DNA from: an uncultured virus (IMG/VR IMGVR_UViG_3300033069_001715)
Taxonomy: Duplodnaviria; Heunggongvirae; Uroviricota; Caudoviricetes
Strand: one strand, 5' to 3'
Length of the DNA stretch: 64,000 nt
Virus record (IMG/VR): IMGVR_UViG_3300033069_001715
Shown: piece by piece, positions 44,995 to 54,643 of the stretch
Layout: the number at the start of each line of letters is the position of its first letter
Numbering within the stretch: position 1 is the first letter of the stretch
Program-made: the position numbers and the translations under genes
The notes under the pieces: model-generated
Databases searched by the model: none
The model's input: the letters and a program-made list of their open reading frames with translations, nothing else
What the model was told of the DNA's origin: nothing

Positions 44995-45365
44995 CAGCGG
45001 CTCTCTTTCTCAGTTTTATGCGGCTCTTCTCCGGCTCTACTTTTCGCAACCGCCATCTGGGCAACGACCTGACCGAGTTGGCGAATTTGCACCTCATACA
45101 CGTCAAGAATCCCCATCAGCTGAAGCTGCAGCGAGTTGCTTCGCTTAACACTGGTTGCGTAGCAGCCGATGATAAACAGCAAGAACGCAATCGCCGCTGT
45201 TGAAGCCCATGTCGCCAGCGACTCACCTTTGACGATTTGACCTACAGTTGTCAGCCCTTCAAACGTCCCGGCCGCAACCGTCACCATAATGACAAAGTTC
45301 TGTGCTGCACCGTCAATCGCTAGCCGTCTGCGAACTCGAGTTGAAATTGGTTTTGGCATCTCCAT
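44994..45365 (-). CDS. Two-TM membrane protein
   Basis: Two hydrophobic helices. Confidence 0.55.
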   Translation of the reverse strand: MEMPKPISTRVRRRLAIDGAAQNFVIMVTVAAGTFEGLTTVGQIVKGESLATWASTAAIAFLLFIIGCYATSVKRSNSLQLQLMGILDVYEVQIRQLGQVVAQMAVAKSRAGEEPHKTEKESR

Positions 45366-45389
45366 AAAACTTTCCTATGTCTAAAGTTG

Positions 45390-45740
45390 TTAACCTTCTA
45401 GTTCAATCCCCAACATCTTGGCGTACTTATCGTAGTCAATGTCCGCGGCCACGTAAGGCAGTATGACCTCGAAAAAGCTCTTCAACGGCAGCGGCCAGCA
45501 GTCCACGATCTCGAAAAAGATCAGTGCCGCCAGCAACATCGCGTCTTTAGCGGCAGGCAGATCCTTTGCTACCTCCGCCTTGAAAAGCAGAATCGCCTCT
45601 TGAGAGCGTACGTGGGTGCAGCTGAACTGCTCTCCGCCGTCTTCGACGAAGAATCCATAAAACACTTGCGGGGGCTCATGGAATCCTGCGAAGTAAACCT
45701 GCTCACTGGCGTAATAAGCCTGCATGACACATTCTTTCAT
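45390..45740 (-). CDS. Hypothetical protein
   Basis: 116-aa ORF, co-oriented. Confidence 0.5.
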   Translation of the reverse strand: MKECVMQAYYASEQVYFAGFHEPPQVFYGFFVEDGGEQFSCTHVRSQEAILLFKAEVAKDLPAAKDAMLLAALIFFEIVDCWPLPLKSFFEVILPYVAADIDYDKYAKMLGIELEG

Positions 45741-45749
45741 TTTGAGTTT

Positions 45750-45765
45750 GAGACAGCGCTGTCGC
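45750..45765. repeat. 16-bp near-palindrome, copy 8
   Basis: GAGACAGCGCTGTCGC exact, intergenic. Confidence 0.95.
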
Positions 45766-46265
45766 TAAGCAGATAGCTCTCTACCAACAATCAGCTGCCC
45801 GTCGCGGACTAGCACATAGTAAAGAGGCGACCAGCCATTATGCTTGAGGAAGTTTCTGAAATCACCATACTTGATGACCATACTGCGATACTCCTCAAAC
45901 GGCGATGGACAAATCACCTTGGCGGCGTACTCAACGTCCTCAACACTCAGTGATCCGACTTCCCGCTTAACGGTGAACCCAGTTCCGATTCTCTGATGTG
46001 GAACGTGCTTGGTGCTCAAGGTGAATCCCCAAATATTTAGCTCCACGTAAGCGAAGTTGCCGTCTTTGTGAGCCTGGAAATAGCGGGACTTACCAAAGGG
46101 CGGCTTTCGCCAAAACACGTCCCAGCCTGCAGCGATCAGCTCCTTAGCCAAGCTGTCTAACTCAGGCTCTTCGAATAGCTGCGTAGCGCGAGCTGCAACT
46201 TCTTCATCCGTCAAATCCCTAGTCGGATCTCTGTAGAACTTATCGTCAGGTGGTTGTTGGCTCAT
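45765..46265 (-). CDS. Hypothetical protein
   Basis: 166-aa ORF with RBS. Confidence 0.55.
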   Translation of the reverse strand: MSQQPPDDKFYRDPTRDLTDEEVAARATQLFEEPELDSLAKELIAAGWDVFWRKPPFGKSRYFQAHKDGNFAYVELNIWGFTLSTKHVPHQRIGTGFTVKREVGSLSVEDVEYAAKVICPSPFEEYRSMVIKYGDFRNFLKHNGWSPLYYVLVRDGQLIVGRELSA

Positions 46266-46671
46266 TTGTGCTCTCGCCTTGCGTAGAACCGCCTCGAAAC
46301 TTCGCCTGCAGCTCCACGTACTCTTTGATCATCGGGATAATTGCCTCACGATCTTTGTCAGTCATGAACTGCATTGTCATGAACATCGGATATCCGTTGA
46401 TGGCTCTGGGACCAGCCTGATTAACGTACTCGTAAATACCGCCGATATTTCGTGGCAACTGCGCTGGACCACAAAAGGACAGCGGCAAGAATACCAGTCG
46501 CACTGTTGCGTCGTCGTCAACTTGCCAATCTCCAAAGATCTTTCCTTCAACCATCTCAATGGCCAGCTGTCGTAGTTCCGCCTCACTCTTGTCTGGTTGA
46601 GGTGGCCCCATCTTGTTTAACCGCTCTTCCAGCTTTTGCTCGTCAGTTAGCTCTACCGTTTCCTCACTCAT
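46246..46671 (-). CDS. Hypothetical phage protein
   Basis: AGGAG RBS; YEY..QAGPRAINGYPMF motif. Confidence 0.6.
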   Translation of the reverse strand: MSEETVELTDEQKLEERLNKMGPPQPDKSEAELRQLAIEMVEGKIFGDWQVDDDATVRLVFLPLSFCGPAQLPRNIGGIYEYVNQAGPRAINGYPMFMTMQFMTDKDREAIIPMIKEYVELQAKFRGGSTQGESTNEPTTT

Positions 46672-46884
46672 TTAGATTCTCCTGTGCAACTCGCGGCGGC
46701 TGCTCTATTAGTCTGTCACTCGACACATACATCTGATAAAGGCCCTCACTGAAACAAACTCCCCAAGAAGATTGCACCAACACTGGAGCCCCGTCGCCTA
46801 CCGTACCCACTAGGATCTCCACCCACAGGTAGATGCCGTAGACATGATCCCAAAGCATCCACTGAGGTTTACGCCTACTCGGAC

Positions 46885-47190
46885 TCACTCAACCTCATCC
46901 GCGTCAAATGCCGTAGCCTCTATGCCTGGCTCATTGGCCTTGGACTTCTCAAGAACCTCGTAAGTCCGATCAGTTACTCCTTGGCTAGTCTGATCAGACT
47001 CTTCACCGTCGCCTATCCACCGATGAGCCGCACCCTTCGCTGCTGAAAGTTCACCGGAGGCAGTAACGTCGTAAATTCGAGTTTCGACAATCGTTTCGAT
47101 GATCTTGACCTGGAATGTCCTGAGCTCGCGTTTCTTAGCCACCGAGCTTATCTCCAGGATCGAGACCGTGAACGAGTCCAACACAACCAC
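46885..47190 (-). CDS. Hypothetical protein
   Basis: Acidic small ORF; the true start is probably downstream (GTG, VAKKRE). Confidence 0.45.
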   Translation of the reverse strand: MVVLDSFTVSILEISSVAKKRELRTFQVKIIETIVETRIYDVTASGELSAAKGAAHRWIGDGEESDQTSQGVTDRTYEVLEKSKANEPGIEATAFDADEVE

Positions 47191-48034
47191 CGCTGTTGGG
47201 CATCACCTTTACTCCGCTGGAATCAATCGAAGCTACCCAAGCTTCAATCTCGCCTTTCTCCGCAGCCAAACCAATGTGCAGTACATCCTTAGTCATTCCG
47301 AGGACAACGTAATTGCCGTTTGGAAGTTCAATTGCAGTGCCCTCATTAGAGATATGGTGAATCTGCACATAGTCACCTTGCGGATGAATCACTGGAGCAA
47401 CAGGTAGCTTGGTGATCGAACCACCGTAATTCTCAACCATCTTTCGAGCGTGAGCGAGGATCTTGTAGTAGTCGACGTCGTAAGGGATTCGCTTAAGCCA
47501 CTCAAGACAAACATCAGAATGTGCTCCCCGTTTTTGACCTTCGACGGTGTTATTGGTCAACAACATCGACACCGCATACGACACACCCTCAAGCACGAAC
47601 TCAAAGCCCTGTGCGTTGTCGCTACGAAGTTCGTTGTCATAATGCTCGTTGATGAAGTAGCACTGCTGGGCGATCACCTGCGCCAGCTGCTCGTCATTCC
47701 ACTTAAGAGGATTCGCGTCCTCAGGTGGGAAGTCTGGGTCTTCAGGACAGTAAATATCCACCCCGAGCTTCTCCCATCGCCGAGCCAATAGCTCGATCTC
47801 CTCAGCGTCTCTATGAACATCCATCCCATGAAGCTCAAGCATTGCCGCGGCCTCACCGTTACCCCGGATGGCCTGCAGTCTCACCTGGTGAACCGCGTCG
47901 TCGTCACTCATCGTATCTGGAGCCGTCTCATCACACTTCTGAATCCGCAGCTTACCACTATCTGTGCAGAACAGATCTGCGTGATATGGGTGAAGTGCGA
48001 TGAACGCTTTGATCACTCGTTTTTTCTTTGCCAT
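47135..48034 (-). CDS. Hypothetical protein
   Basis: 299-aa ORF. Confidence 0.6.
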   Translation of the reverse strand: MAKKKRVIKAFIALHPYHADLFCTDSGKLRIQKCDETAPDTMSDDDAVHQVRLQAIRGNGEAAAMLELHGMDVHRDAEEIELLARRWEKLGVDIYCPEDPDFPPEDANPLKWNDEQLAQVIAQQCYFINEHYDNELRSDNAQGFEFVLEGVSYAVSMLLTNNTVEGQKRGAHSDVCLEWLKRIPYDVDYYKILAHARKMVENYGGSITKLPVAPVIHPQGDYVQIHHISNEGTAIELPNGNYVVLGMTKDVLHIGLAAEKGEIEAWVASIDSSGVKVMPNSGGCVGLVHGLDPGDKLGG

Positions 48035-48436
48035 TTATCCCTCAACCAGAAAGAAGTTAGGTATCTCATCGGACAAGAATAGCTCTACTACCTTGCACAT
48101 CATCTCGGCTAGCTCGGGCGTAACCAGCACCAGATCATAGTCCACCATCGTTTGCCCGTACTCGGTCCACGTGTAAGGTCGCAGGACCCCGTAGGCAGAT
48201 CTGGTGCCCTCTCGCTCACCCCTGAGCGTCTTGATTTTGTACCACTACCTGACGACTACAACAGCCACGCCGAACTTGCCGCCAAACTCTAAGTACCGGT
48301 CGTCAATAACCTCATACTCCTCACCACTGAGCTTGTAGCTAGGCCAGGAATCCTCATGGATCTCCACCTTCAGCGAACTGGGCCAATACTGTGCTCCAGC
48401 GGCGACTGTCTTTGCGTCTTCAAGGTTGATCGGCAT
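48035..48436 (-). pseudogene. ORF split by a single in-frame TAG at 48245-48247
   Basis: The frame continues WYKIKTLRG...FFLVEG to a TAA that abuts the next ATG at 48034. Confidence 0.6.
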
Positions 48437-49661
48437 GTTGCTCCCTGTACTCTAGTCCGATATCGATACATCCAGCCACCAAGTCAGCTATCGACCCGTA
48501 TTGATACTGACTGATCGCCAAATCAATAGTCGCTTGATCCAGTCCCTTGAGCATGCGGTGACATACTTCGCGGGCGATCGTTTCATCGACATTCTTAAAC
48601 TCCACGATTTCCCCGGCGCGGCCTGGCCGCCTCACCGCTGGGTCAATCTTCTGATAGTCGTTGGTTGTCACAAACACAGCAACACCGTCAACCTCCGCAA
48701 CGCCGCTAAGGCACTGCAAGAACGTGTCAAACGACAAACCGTTATCGAGGTGAACGGGTGTTCGACCATCAAACACGTTGTCGAGGTCTTCAAACAGGGC
48801 TATGCAAGGAGTATTCGCCAGTACGATCTTCCAGTAGTTAGTCAGCTCGTTACTGCTCATCGTTCCCAAATCAAATTGGAAGATCGGTAGGCCGTAATCC
48901 ATGGCGATCGCGCGGACCATCGAACTCTTACCCGTTCCTGGAGGACCGTAAAGACAAGCTCCGAACTTCCAAGGTATGTTTCGCTCCAGGTACCAGGCAC
49001 GGCCGCGGTACCAATTCCTAAACTTAGTTACCAAGTTCTCGAGTTCGTCGGTTGTCATCGTCTGCAGAAGCGTCGGCACGCCCTTACCGGACTCGCCGAT
49101 ATCCTCCTGCTTGCAAGTGATAAATCTGGTTCGGCTCGGTAATGGGCCCATCGCAGGCTTAGCAGTCTGATCTCCAGGTGGCATGACATCGACGCTCTTG
49201 TCTCTCCCCTGAAACACTGTTACGCCATACCGATGCTGCCTGTCATCAGTGTTGACTGAGTAATCCCTGGCCAGCGTCAGAAGCTCATCCCGGTCAAACG
49301 TACCTCGGATGAAACTGAGCATCTTGAAACCGCTCTGGGGATTGCCCGCATTCGCGCACGCACCAAGCCAAACAGGCCAGATACCCAGCCACCAAAACCC
49401 TCCCTGCTCCGGCATTTCGAACATCTGTAGTTCCCATTTGTTGGTTCCCTTCATCTGGTAGATCCCACCACCAACGCTCGTCACCCCGTGCCTTGACTTC
49501 CTGCCGTACTTAGCCAGGTAGAGCCCTACGGCCTTGGCCGAATTCCAGTCCAGCTCGATTCGCACAATGGCATAGCTGGAAATGCTAATCCAAAACGACT
49601 TGACCTGATTCCACGCCATCGCTAATGCAGCGACAACCGCACCTATCCAAACTGTGTTCAA
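48420..49661 (-). CDS. BCS1-like AAA+ ATPase with N-terminal TM
   Basis: WYLERNIPWKFGACLYGPPGTGKSS, LFEDLD, TTN, IDPAVRRPGR. Confidence 0.85.
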   Translation of the reverse strand: MNTVWIGAVVAALAMAWNQVKSFWISISSYAIVRIELDWNSAKAVGLYLAKYGRKSRHGVTSVGGGIYQMKGTNKWELQMFEMPEQGGFWWLGIWPVWLGACANAGNPQSGFKMLSFIRGTFDRDELLTLARDYSVNTDDRQHRYGVTVFQGRDKSVDVMPPGDQTAKPAMGPLPSRTRFITCKQEDIGESGKGVPTLLQTMTTDELENLVTKFRNWYRGRAWYLERNIPWKFGACLYGPPGTGKSSMVRAIAMDYGLPIFQFDLGTMSSNELTNYWKIVLANTPCIALFEDLDNVFDGRTPVHLDNGLSFDTFLQCLSGVAEVDGVAVFVTTNDYQKIDPAVRRPGRAGEIVEFKNVDETIAREVCHRMLKGLDQATIDLAISQYQYGSIADLVAGCIDIGLEYREQHADQP

Positions 49662-49745
49662 ATTAAGTCCCTTACTTTTCTATTATTAAACTGACCCAAC
49701 AACACCTGCTTTAACTCAACCGTCATACCTAACACGGAGTTCAAT

Positions 49746-50519
49746 ATGAACACCTTAGAACGACTGCTGTACTGCCCAATCACACCCAAAGAAGCCGCAG
49801 CCGCTTCCGACGAAAAGAAACACAAAAAGCAGTCCCGAGAAGATCAAGCTGAAGCCACTGTAGATACAAAAGGTTGGGCAGGACTACTTGGAGATCTCGT
49901 TGGCCCTTGGGCGGTTGAACGTGCTGGGAGATCTACCGGCGTTGCTATGGCCGGAGGCAAAGACTACGCATCTGTGCCATTCCGAATACGAAATCCAGGA
50001 ACAGGAATGCTCGGCGACACGCTACTGGGCTCGACACTCGGAACCGGACTAGGTGCAGGCCTCGGTGCACTTTTAGGTGCAGGTGGCGGCGTTGGCGGCA
50101 TGATGCCTGTATCAGACGGAGCGATTATCGGCGCCGCGGGAGGTGCCGGTACGGGTTTAGCAGCTGGAGCAATCTACAACCTGCTAAAGCGGCGAGCTCA
50201 CATGCGAAAGATTAACAAGATGTTCGGAGCGAGCACTAACGACATAACCGCCCAGCCCAATACAACCTCACTATCGTCATTTCTGCCAGTAAATTCAGGC
50301 ACGCACCTGAAAGGACAGATGGACGCACTTCGCTATCTAAAGGGCGAGTCGCAGACGCCGATCAGCCACCCAATCGGAAGTACCGTCGCCAATGTCGCAA
50401 CTGTTGCTATACCCCATTTGCAAATACCAATGGACATCGGCAAGAACTTCTACGCAAGACACATGCTCAGTCAGCCAAAAAAAAAAAACAACGACAACAA
50501 CGACGACTGGAACACCTAG
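49746..50519 (+). CDS. Glycine-zipper virion-type protein, opposite strand
   Basis: GGAG RBS; N-terminal KEAA; long GxxxG helices. Confidence 0.65.
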   Translation: MNTLERLLYCPITPKEAAAASDEKKHKKQSREDQAEATVDTKGWAGLLGDLVGPWAVERAGRSTGVAMAGGKDYASVPFRIRNPGTGMLGDTLLGSTLGTGLGAGLGALLGAGGGVGGMMPVSDGAIIGAAGGAGTGLAAGAIYNLLKRRAHMRKINKMFGASTNDITAQPNTTSLSSFLPVNSGTHLKGQMDALRYLKGESQTPISHPIGSTVANVATVAIPHLQIPMDIGKNFYARHMLSQPKKKNNDNNDDWNT

Positions 50520-50527
50520 GTAAACGC

Positions 50528-50559
50528 AAAGAGCCGGGCACTTGTGATGCCCGGCTCTT
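50528..50559. terminator. Bidirectional terminator between convergent genes
   Basis: AAAGAGCCGGGCA-CTTGTGA-TGCCCGGCTCTT. Confidence 0.8.
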
Positions 50560-50593
50560 CTGTTAGTCAATTGACGCGTTTAACTTACCCCCA

Positions 50594-51136
50594 CTATCGG
50601 GCATATACAGCTGACCAGTACCACTTGGAGCCAGCACCTTGAACACCTGCTCTGGCAATCAAGCCCTGACCAACGCAATGGTTAGGATCGCTAGGGCTAT
50701 GAGATGAGCCAACGCCCTGCATTCTTCCTCCTGGTGCAACACCGGTTAAGTGTTGGACTATCCCTCTTGCTGCTAGCATCTCCGCCTCTCGACGACAATG
50801 TTGCCAAGCGGCCGTTCCAACTCCAACGTCAGCCAAACTTCCTCCACCAGTCCCTGCGTAGGAGTAACCCTGATATCCGCCATAGTACTGCGGCTGCGCA
50901 GTTTGGTAACCACCATCGGTGTACACCACTGTCTGACCATAGTTCTGCGAATAGCTAGGCTGCGAGTGCATTCCTCGGGCGTGGCCAAAGATGATTCCAG
51001 GCCGAGCGTTGTTGACTGCTCGAGCGATCCGCCGCAAAGGACCGTCAGCATTTAGCGGGCTGAGGTTAAACGACAGTAGTGCCATCATTGCTAGAACAAC
51101 TGTGATGGGCTTTCTCATAACTAGACTCCGTTTCAC
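50594..51136 (-). CDS. Secreted protein with minimal CAP/SCP-like C-terminal domain
   Basis: Signal peptide, GPLRRIAR, Tyr/Gly-rich linker, AEMLAARG..H...GVG...KWYW. Confidence 0.5.
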   Translation of the reverse strand: MKRSLVMRKPITVVLAMMALLSFNLSPLNADGPLRRIARAVNNARPGIIFGHARGMHSQPSYSQNYGQTVVYTDGGYQTAQPQYYGGYQGYSYAGTGGGSLADVGVGTAAWQHCRREAEMLAARGIVQHLTGVAPGGRMQGVGSSHSPSDPNHCVGQGLIARAGVQGAGSKWYWSAVYAR

Positions 51137-51163
51137 GCACTAGGGCGCTGTAGTGATAGTTGG

Positions 51164-51883
51164 CTACTCGCCAACCAGAAATTTACCTAACTCAGCCACG
51201 CTGTAATCAACACTCTTGATCACTTTGGCGTCTGAGTTCCGCAACACTCGGTAGTAGCGTCTCTCGTTGATTTCGCACTGCTCGAACCGACATGGAACTC
51301 CAAGTCGCTCCTGAGCAGCAACAGTTCTTTCAGCTTCTTCCTGAGTCTCGCACAACTTGCTCATATTCGAGCGGTGCACCTCCTCAAAGGCATCAGCAAG
51401 TACCGGCAAAAAGCCTGTAAACACAGCAATGTGTCGCAGCTGTATCAACATGTCTTCGAATGTGATTCGCAGTCCAATGTTGACAACCGTCCCTACTTCA
51501 TCACCCGGCCTGTTCGTCAGAGCCAAGAATCGGGACATAATCCTGTCCCACTCTGCCTTCCCAATATCCCACTTGTAAGCGAACACCGGCTTGGTGCTAG
51601 CGAGTAAGACGTCGATATTGGGGAATTTCTTCGAGTTGACGTAACCATACGACAACATCGAACCGACAACGACATAAAAACTGTCGCAAAGACCATCCAA
51701 AATCTCTCGGCGGTTGCCCGTCTTAAATCCTGTCGTCAACTCTTCAAATTCTTCCGTCATCAAATTCACCCGAAGCTGGCGAACTTGCTCAGACTGCAAT
51801 GTTGGGGTCTCAGCCTGGGTAACACCAAATGCTGAATGAAACTCCCGCAAAGCCGCGATCATGCGGTTAACAGTCAAACTCAT
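51164..51883 (-). CDS. MazG-like/PRA-PH nucleotide pyrophosphohydrolase
   Basis: LMTEEFEEL, EILDGLCD, AFEEVHRSNMSK; start reassigned to MSLTVN. Confidence 0.8.
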   Translation of the reverse strand: MSLTVNRMIAALREFHSAFGVTQAETPTLQSEQVRQLRVNLMTEEFEELTTGFKTGNRREILDGLCDSFYVVVGSMLSYGYVNSKKFPNIDVLLASTKPVFAYKWDIGKAEWDRIMSRFLALTNRPGDEVGTVVNIGLRITFEDMLIQLRHIAVFTGFLPVLADAFEEVHRSNMSKLCETQEEAERTVAAQERLGVPCRFEQCEINERRYYRVLRNSDAKVIKSVDYSVAELGKFLVGE

Positions 51884-51909
51884 CGAATTCCCTTTGTTAA
51901 GTAACAAGG

Positions 51910-51939
51910 GCGGGTTGAGACAGCGCTGTCGCAACCCGC
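51910..51939. repeat. 16-bp near-palindrome, copy 9, with extended inverted flanks
   Basis: GCGGGTT-GAGACAGCGCTGTCGC-AACCCGC, intergenic. Confidence 0.95.
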
Positions 51940-51978
51940 TCACTTGCTTCTGGACCGCCTGTGGCGACCATCCGTTTG

Positions 51979-52653
51979 TTATTGGTCCGACCTACGGCTA
52001 GGGTGACCAACTGGATAATCAAATGCTCCGCAGTTCTCCTGCCAGCACAGAGGTATCCTACCGCTGATTACCTTATCGTAGCTTTCGTCGAAGTGCAACG
52101 CCTTGACCCGCCCTAAATAGCCTGTTGCGGTCTGACAAACCGTAAACTCTACCCTTCCTAACTTTCCGTCAGGACGCCTAAGGGTGACTACGGCCGCCGT
52201 AAATGGCGTATCCATCTTGTCAACGTGCAAAGTTACAACATAAGTGGGCGGATTATGTTTTCCGTCACTGAGAACCCCGGTTTCAACCAGGTGTGGATGC
52301 TTATCCAGCGGTGCAGCTTCCTGCGGCGAGTATTCTCTTAGCGGGAAACCGTCATCAACAACCTCAGTTGTCGCTTCGTCAACGATCAGAACAATTCGAG
52401 GATCGGTCATTCCAAGTTCGGGCCTGGCCTCCCAATTCTGGAACAGCTCATCCTTCTCGTACATCAGCTTGACCTTGGCAGCGCATTCCTCAAGCGAACT
52501 GGCGCTAACCTCCGTGGTTCCATAGCAAGAACAGTCAAATGCCCAATCAACTAGGAACTTCACTGCTGCCACCTTTGCCAATCTCGATCTTCTCCCAGCC
52601 GCAGAAACCCGTCTGATCGATGTAGACCTCACTAAGCAAGTCAGGTCGGCCAA
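51979..52653 (-). CDS. Hypothetical protein
   Basis: The true start is probably GTG near 52563 (VKFLVDW). Confidence 0.5.
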   Translation of the reverse strand: MADLTCLVRSTSIRRVSAAGRRSRLAKVAAVKFLVDWAFDCSCYGTTEVSASSLEECAAKVKLMYEKDELFQNWEARPELGMTDPRIVLIVDEATTEVVDDGFPLREYSPQEAAPLDKHPHLVETGVLSDGKHNPPTYVVTLHVDKMDTPFTAAVVTLRRPDGKLGRVEFTVCQTATGYLGRVKALHFDESYDKVISGRIPLCWQENCGAFDYPVGHPSRRSDQ

Positions 52654-53083
52654 TCTCAGCAGCGAACTCAGCTACAACCTCAATGGCCTTGCCCTTGCTC
52701 AGCGGCTCGTCGTCATAGTGAGTCCAGATCTTCTCAGTGAACTTCTGACCATCGGGACGAGCAGCATCAATACACCAGCCATCACTATCCTGCTCGAAGA
52801 TGCGAATACGCGTTGCCTCCGATGGTTGGATGTAACAGTCGAGGTTGTTCTGAAGCTCGTCGTTCATCTCCTGCAGGAACATCTCACTGGAGTCTTTGAT
52901 CAACTTGTTGAAGTCGATCCGTCGCTGCGCACACCAGTGAATGCAGTTGGTCAGGAGATCGGAAACAACAACCTCTGGATTGTGCTCTAGATCTCCTGCC
53001 ACGTCCGCCTTAGTCACCTTCGCAAACGTCTCTAGGGCCTGGGCGAAAAACCCAGCCCTGTCCTGATTGGTTATCTCACTCAT
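52547..53083 (-). CDS. Hypothetical phage protein
   Basis: TNQDRA...SDLLTNCIHW motif. Confidence 0.6.
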   Translation of the reverse strand: MSEITNQDRAGFFAQALETFAKVTKADVAGDLEHNPEVVVSDLLTNCIHWCAQRRIDFNKLIKDSSEMFLQEMNDELQNNLDCYIQPSEATRIRIFEQDSDGWCIDAARPDGQKFTEKIWTHYDDEPLSKGKAIEVVAEFAAEIGRPDLLSEVYIDQTGFCGWEKIEIGKGGSSEVPS

Positions 53084-53942
53084 TGCTGCTTTCCAAGGTT
53101 TTGACCTTCAAGAGTCTTTTCTGAATCACGGCTGCCTGCTCCTTGCGAAGCTCAATACTGATACTCGACCGTCCGTGCTTCTTAGCCATAGCTGCCGTTG
53201 TACCTGATCCTCCAAAGACATCCAGGACGATGCCGTCCGGGGGACAGTAAATCTGCACCATCTGCTCAGCCAGCCACTCTGGATACGGAGCCTCGTTTTC
53301 ATTGGAGAGCTCGTCACCCATGTGGCCGCCGCCAACTGCGCCACACCAGAAGATGTTGCCTACGTTTACCTTTTCCGGTGGCTTGTAGTCGGTCTCGGAG
53401 ATATTGCGTCCGCCGTCTTTACGCCTAGGTCTGGTTCTACCTCCAGGTGCGAACTTCGGCGGTTCTCCTGTTGCAGTAGGGTCAATCCACGCTGTTTTAG
53501 GATCGCCAACTGCGCAGATAATGAACTCCCAATTGTTGCGGAGCACCTTGAAGCGACCAGGAAGCGAGTACCGGCCGTAGATGGCGGGTTTACACATCTT
53601 GATCCCCATCCGCACAAGGTCTGCATGCAGTAGGATAGGTTCAGATGTGTAATGCATACTCTGCATTCCAGCGCCTTCAATGACCCAGCAGACCATTCCT
53701 CGAGTTACTCGCAAGCACTCGAGGAATCGCACTTTAGCCCATTCAACCCACTCCTCGCCTTTGAGGTTCCACCCGATGCCTAGGTCCCGCTGAGCCGCAT
53801 AAGGGGGACTACAGATCGTTGTCGACACGCTTTTGGATTCTCGCTTCTTCAGCCAGTTCAAGCAGTCGTCAACAACGATTTCGTGTATCTGCACACCTTC
53901 TAACTTCGTTCCCTTGCCAGCTCTCGATGTCGGTTTACTCAT
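53076..53942 (-). CDS. Beta-class N4-cytosine/N6-adenine DNA methyltransferase
   Basis: SPPY precedes APYPE and VLDVFGGSGTT. Confidence 0.85.
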   Translation of the reverse strand: MSKPTSRAGKGTKLEGVQIHEIVVDDCLNWLKKRESKSVSTTICSPPYAAQRDLGIGWNLKGEEWVEWAKVRFLECLRVTRGMVCWVIEGAGMQSMHYTSEPILLHADLVRMGIKMCKPAIYGRYSLPGRFKVLRNNWEFIICAVGDPKTAWIDPTATGEPPKFAPGGRTRPRRKDGGRNISETDYKPPEKVNVGNIFWCGAVGGGHMGDELSNENEAPYPEWLAEQMVQIYCPPDGIVLDVFGGSGTTAAMAKKHGRSSISIELRKEQAAVIQKRLLKVKTLESSNE

Positions 53943-54139
53943 TCTCGCATGAACCCCAGAAAGTAATGTTCCTTGGCGGGCCCAAGTCTAAACGATGCAG
54001 ACGGACTGCCGCAGATCTCTTGAGCCTCCTCCAATGTATACGTCTCTTCTCCGAATCGCTCCCGCGGCTTGCCAGACTCGGGCGACCAGAACTTCATGAT
54101 GATGTAGCGGTCCTCTTCGTCTTCATCGTAGTCACTCAT
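53939..54139 (-). CDS. Small hypothetical protein
   Basis: MSDYDEDE..., overlaps both neighbours. Confidence 0.5.
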   Translation of the reverse strand: MSDYDEDEEDRYIIMKFWSPESGKPRERFGEETYTLEEAQEICGSPSASFRLGPAKEHYFLGFMRE

Positions 54140-54611
54140 CGCTGGTATCCACTTGATGCAATGACTGTTCCTCCAAAAATGTCCGCACGTGTGCAGGTCC
54201 ATACTTTGCGGACAGCGCTACTGCTGTCACCATCGCGAGTACCGCATCGGGATCTTCCCACTCAGTGGACTCCCACATGCAGACCTCACCCTCGCCGTCG
54301 ATAACGTGCACCGATTCATGGGTCGTGAAAACCCCTGGAACCAACTCATGCAGGCCGTTAATGAACTCCCATACCTCAGGGTCAGTAACAATGACCACAT
54401 TCTTCGTGCTGAGGTAGTTAACGATATCCGTCTGCATCTGGCCTGCAGCGTGGGCATCAACAACCAGGGAGCTATGCAAGCATTCCATCAAACCTGAGTT
54501 GATAGCTACAACGTGCCCCGTTGATGTTGGGTAAGTCTTGACCTCAACTCGCTTGATCCCGTCATCAACCATCTGATCGAGCATCAGACAAATGTGATTG
54601 GCTAGTGCCAT
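54132..54611 (-). CDS. Hypothetical protein
   Basis: AGGAG RBS. Confidence 0.6.
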   Translation of the reverse strand: MALANHICLMLDQMVDDGIKRVEVKTYPTSTGHVVAINSGLMECLHSSLVVDAHAAGQMQTDIVNYLSTKNVVIVTDPEVWEFINGLHELVPGVFTTHESVHVIDGEGEVCMWESTEWEDPDAVLAMVTAVALSAKYGPAHVRTFLEEQSLHQVDTSDE

Positions 54612-54624
54612 AGATTCTCCTATT

Positions 54625-54640
54625 GCGACAGCGCTGTCTC
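54625..54640. repeat. 16-bp near-palindrome, copy 10
   Basis: GCGACAGCGCTGTCTC exact, intergenic, just upstream of an RBS. Confidence 0.95.
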
Positions 54641-54643
54641 ACG

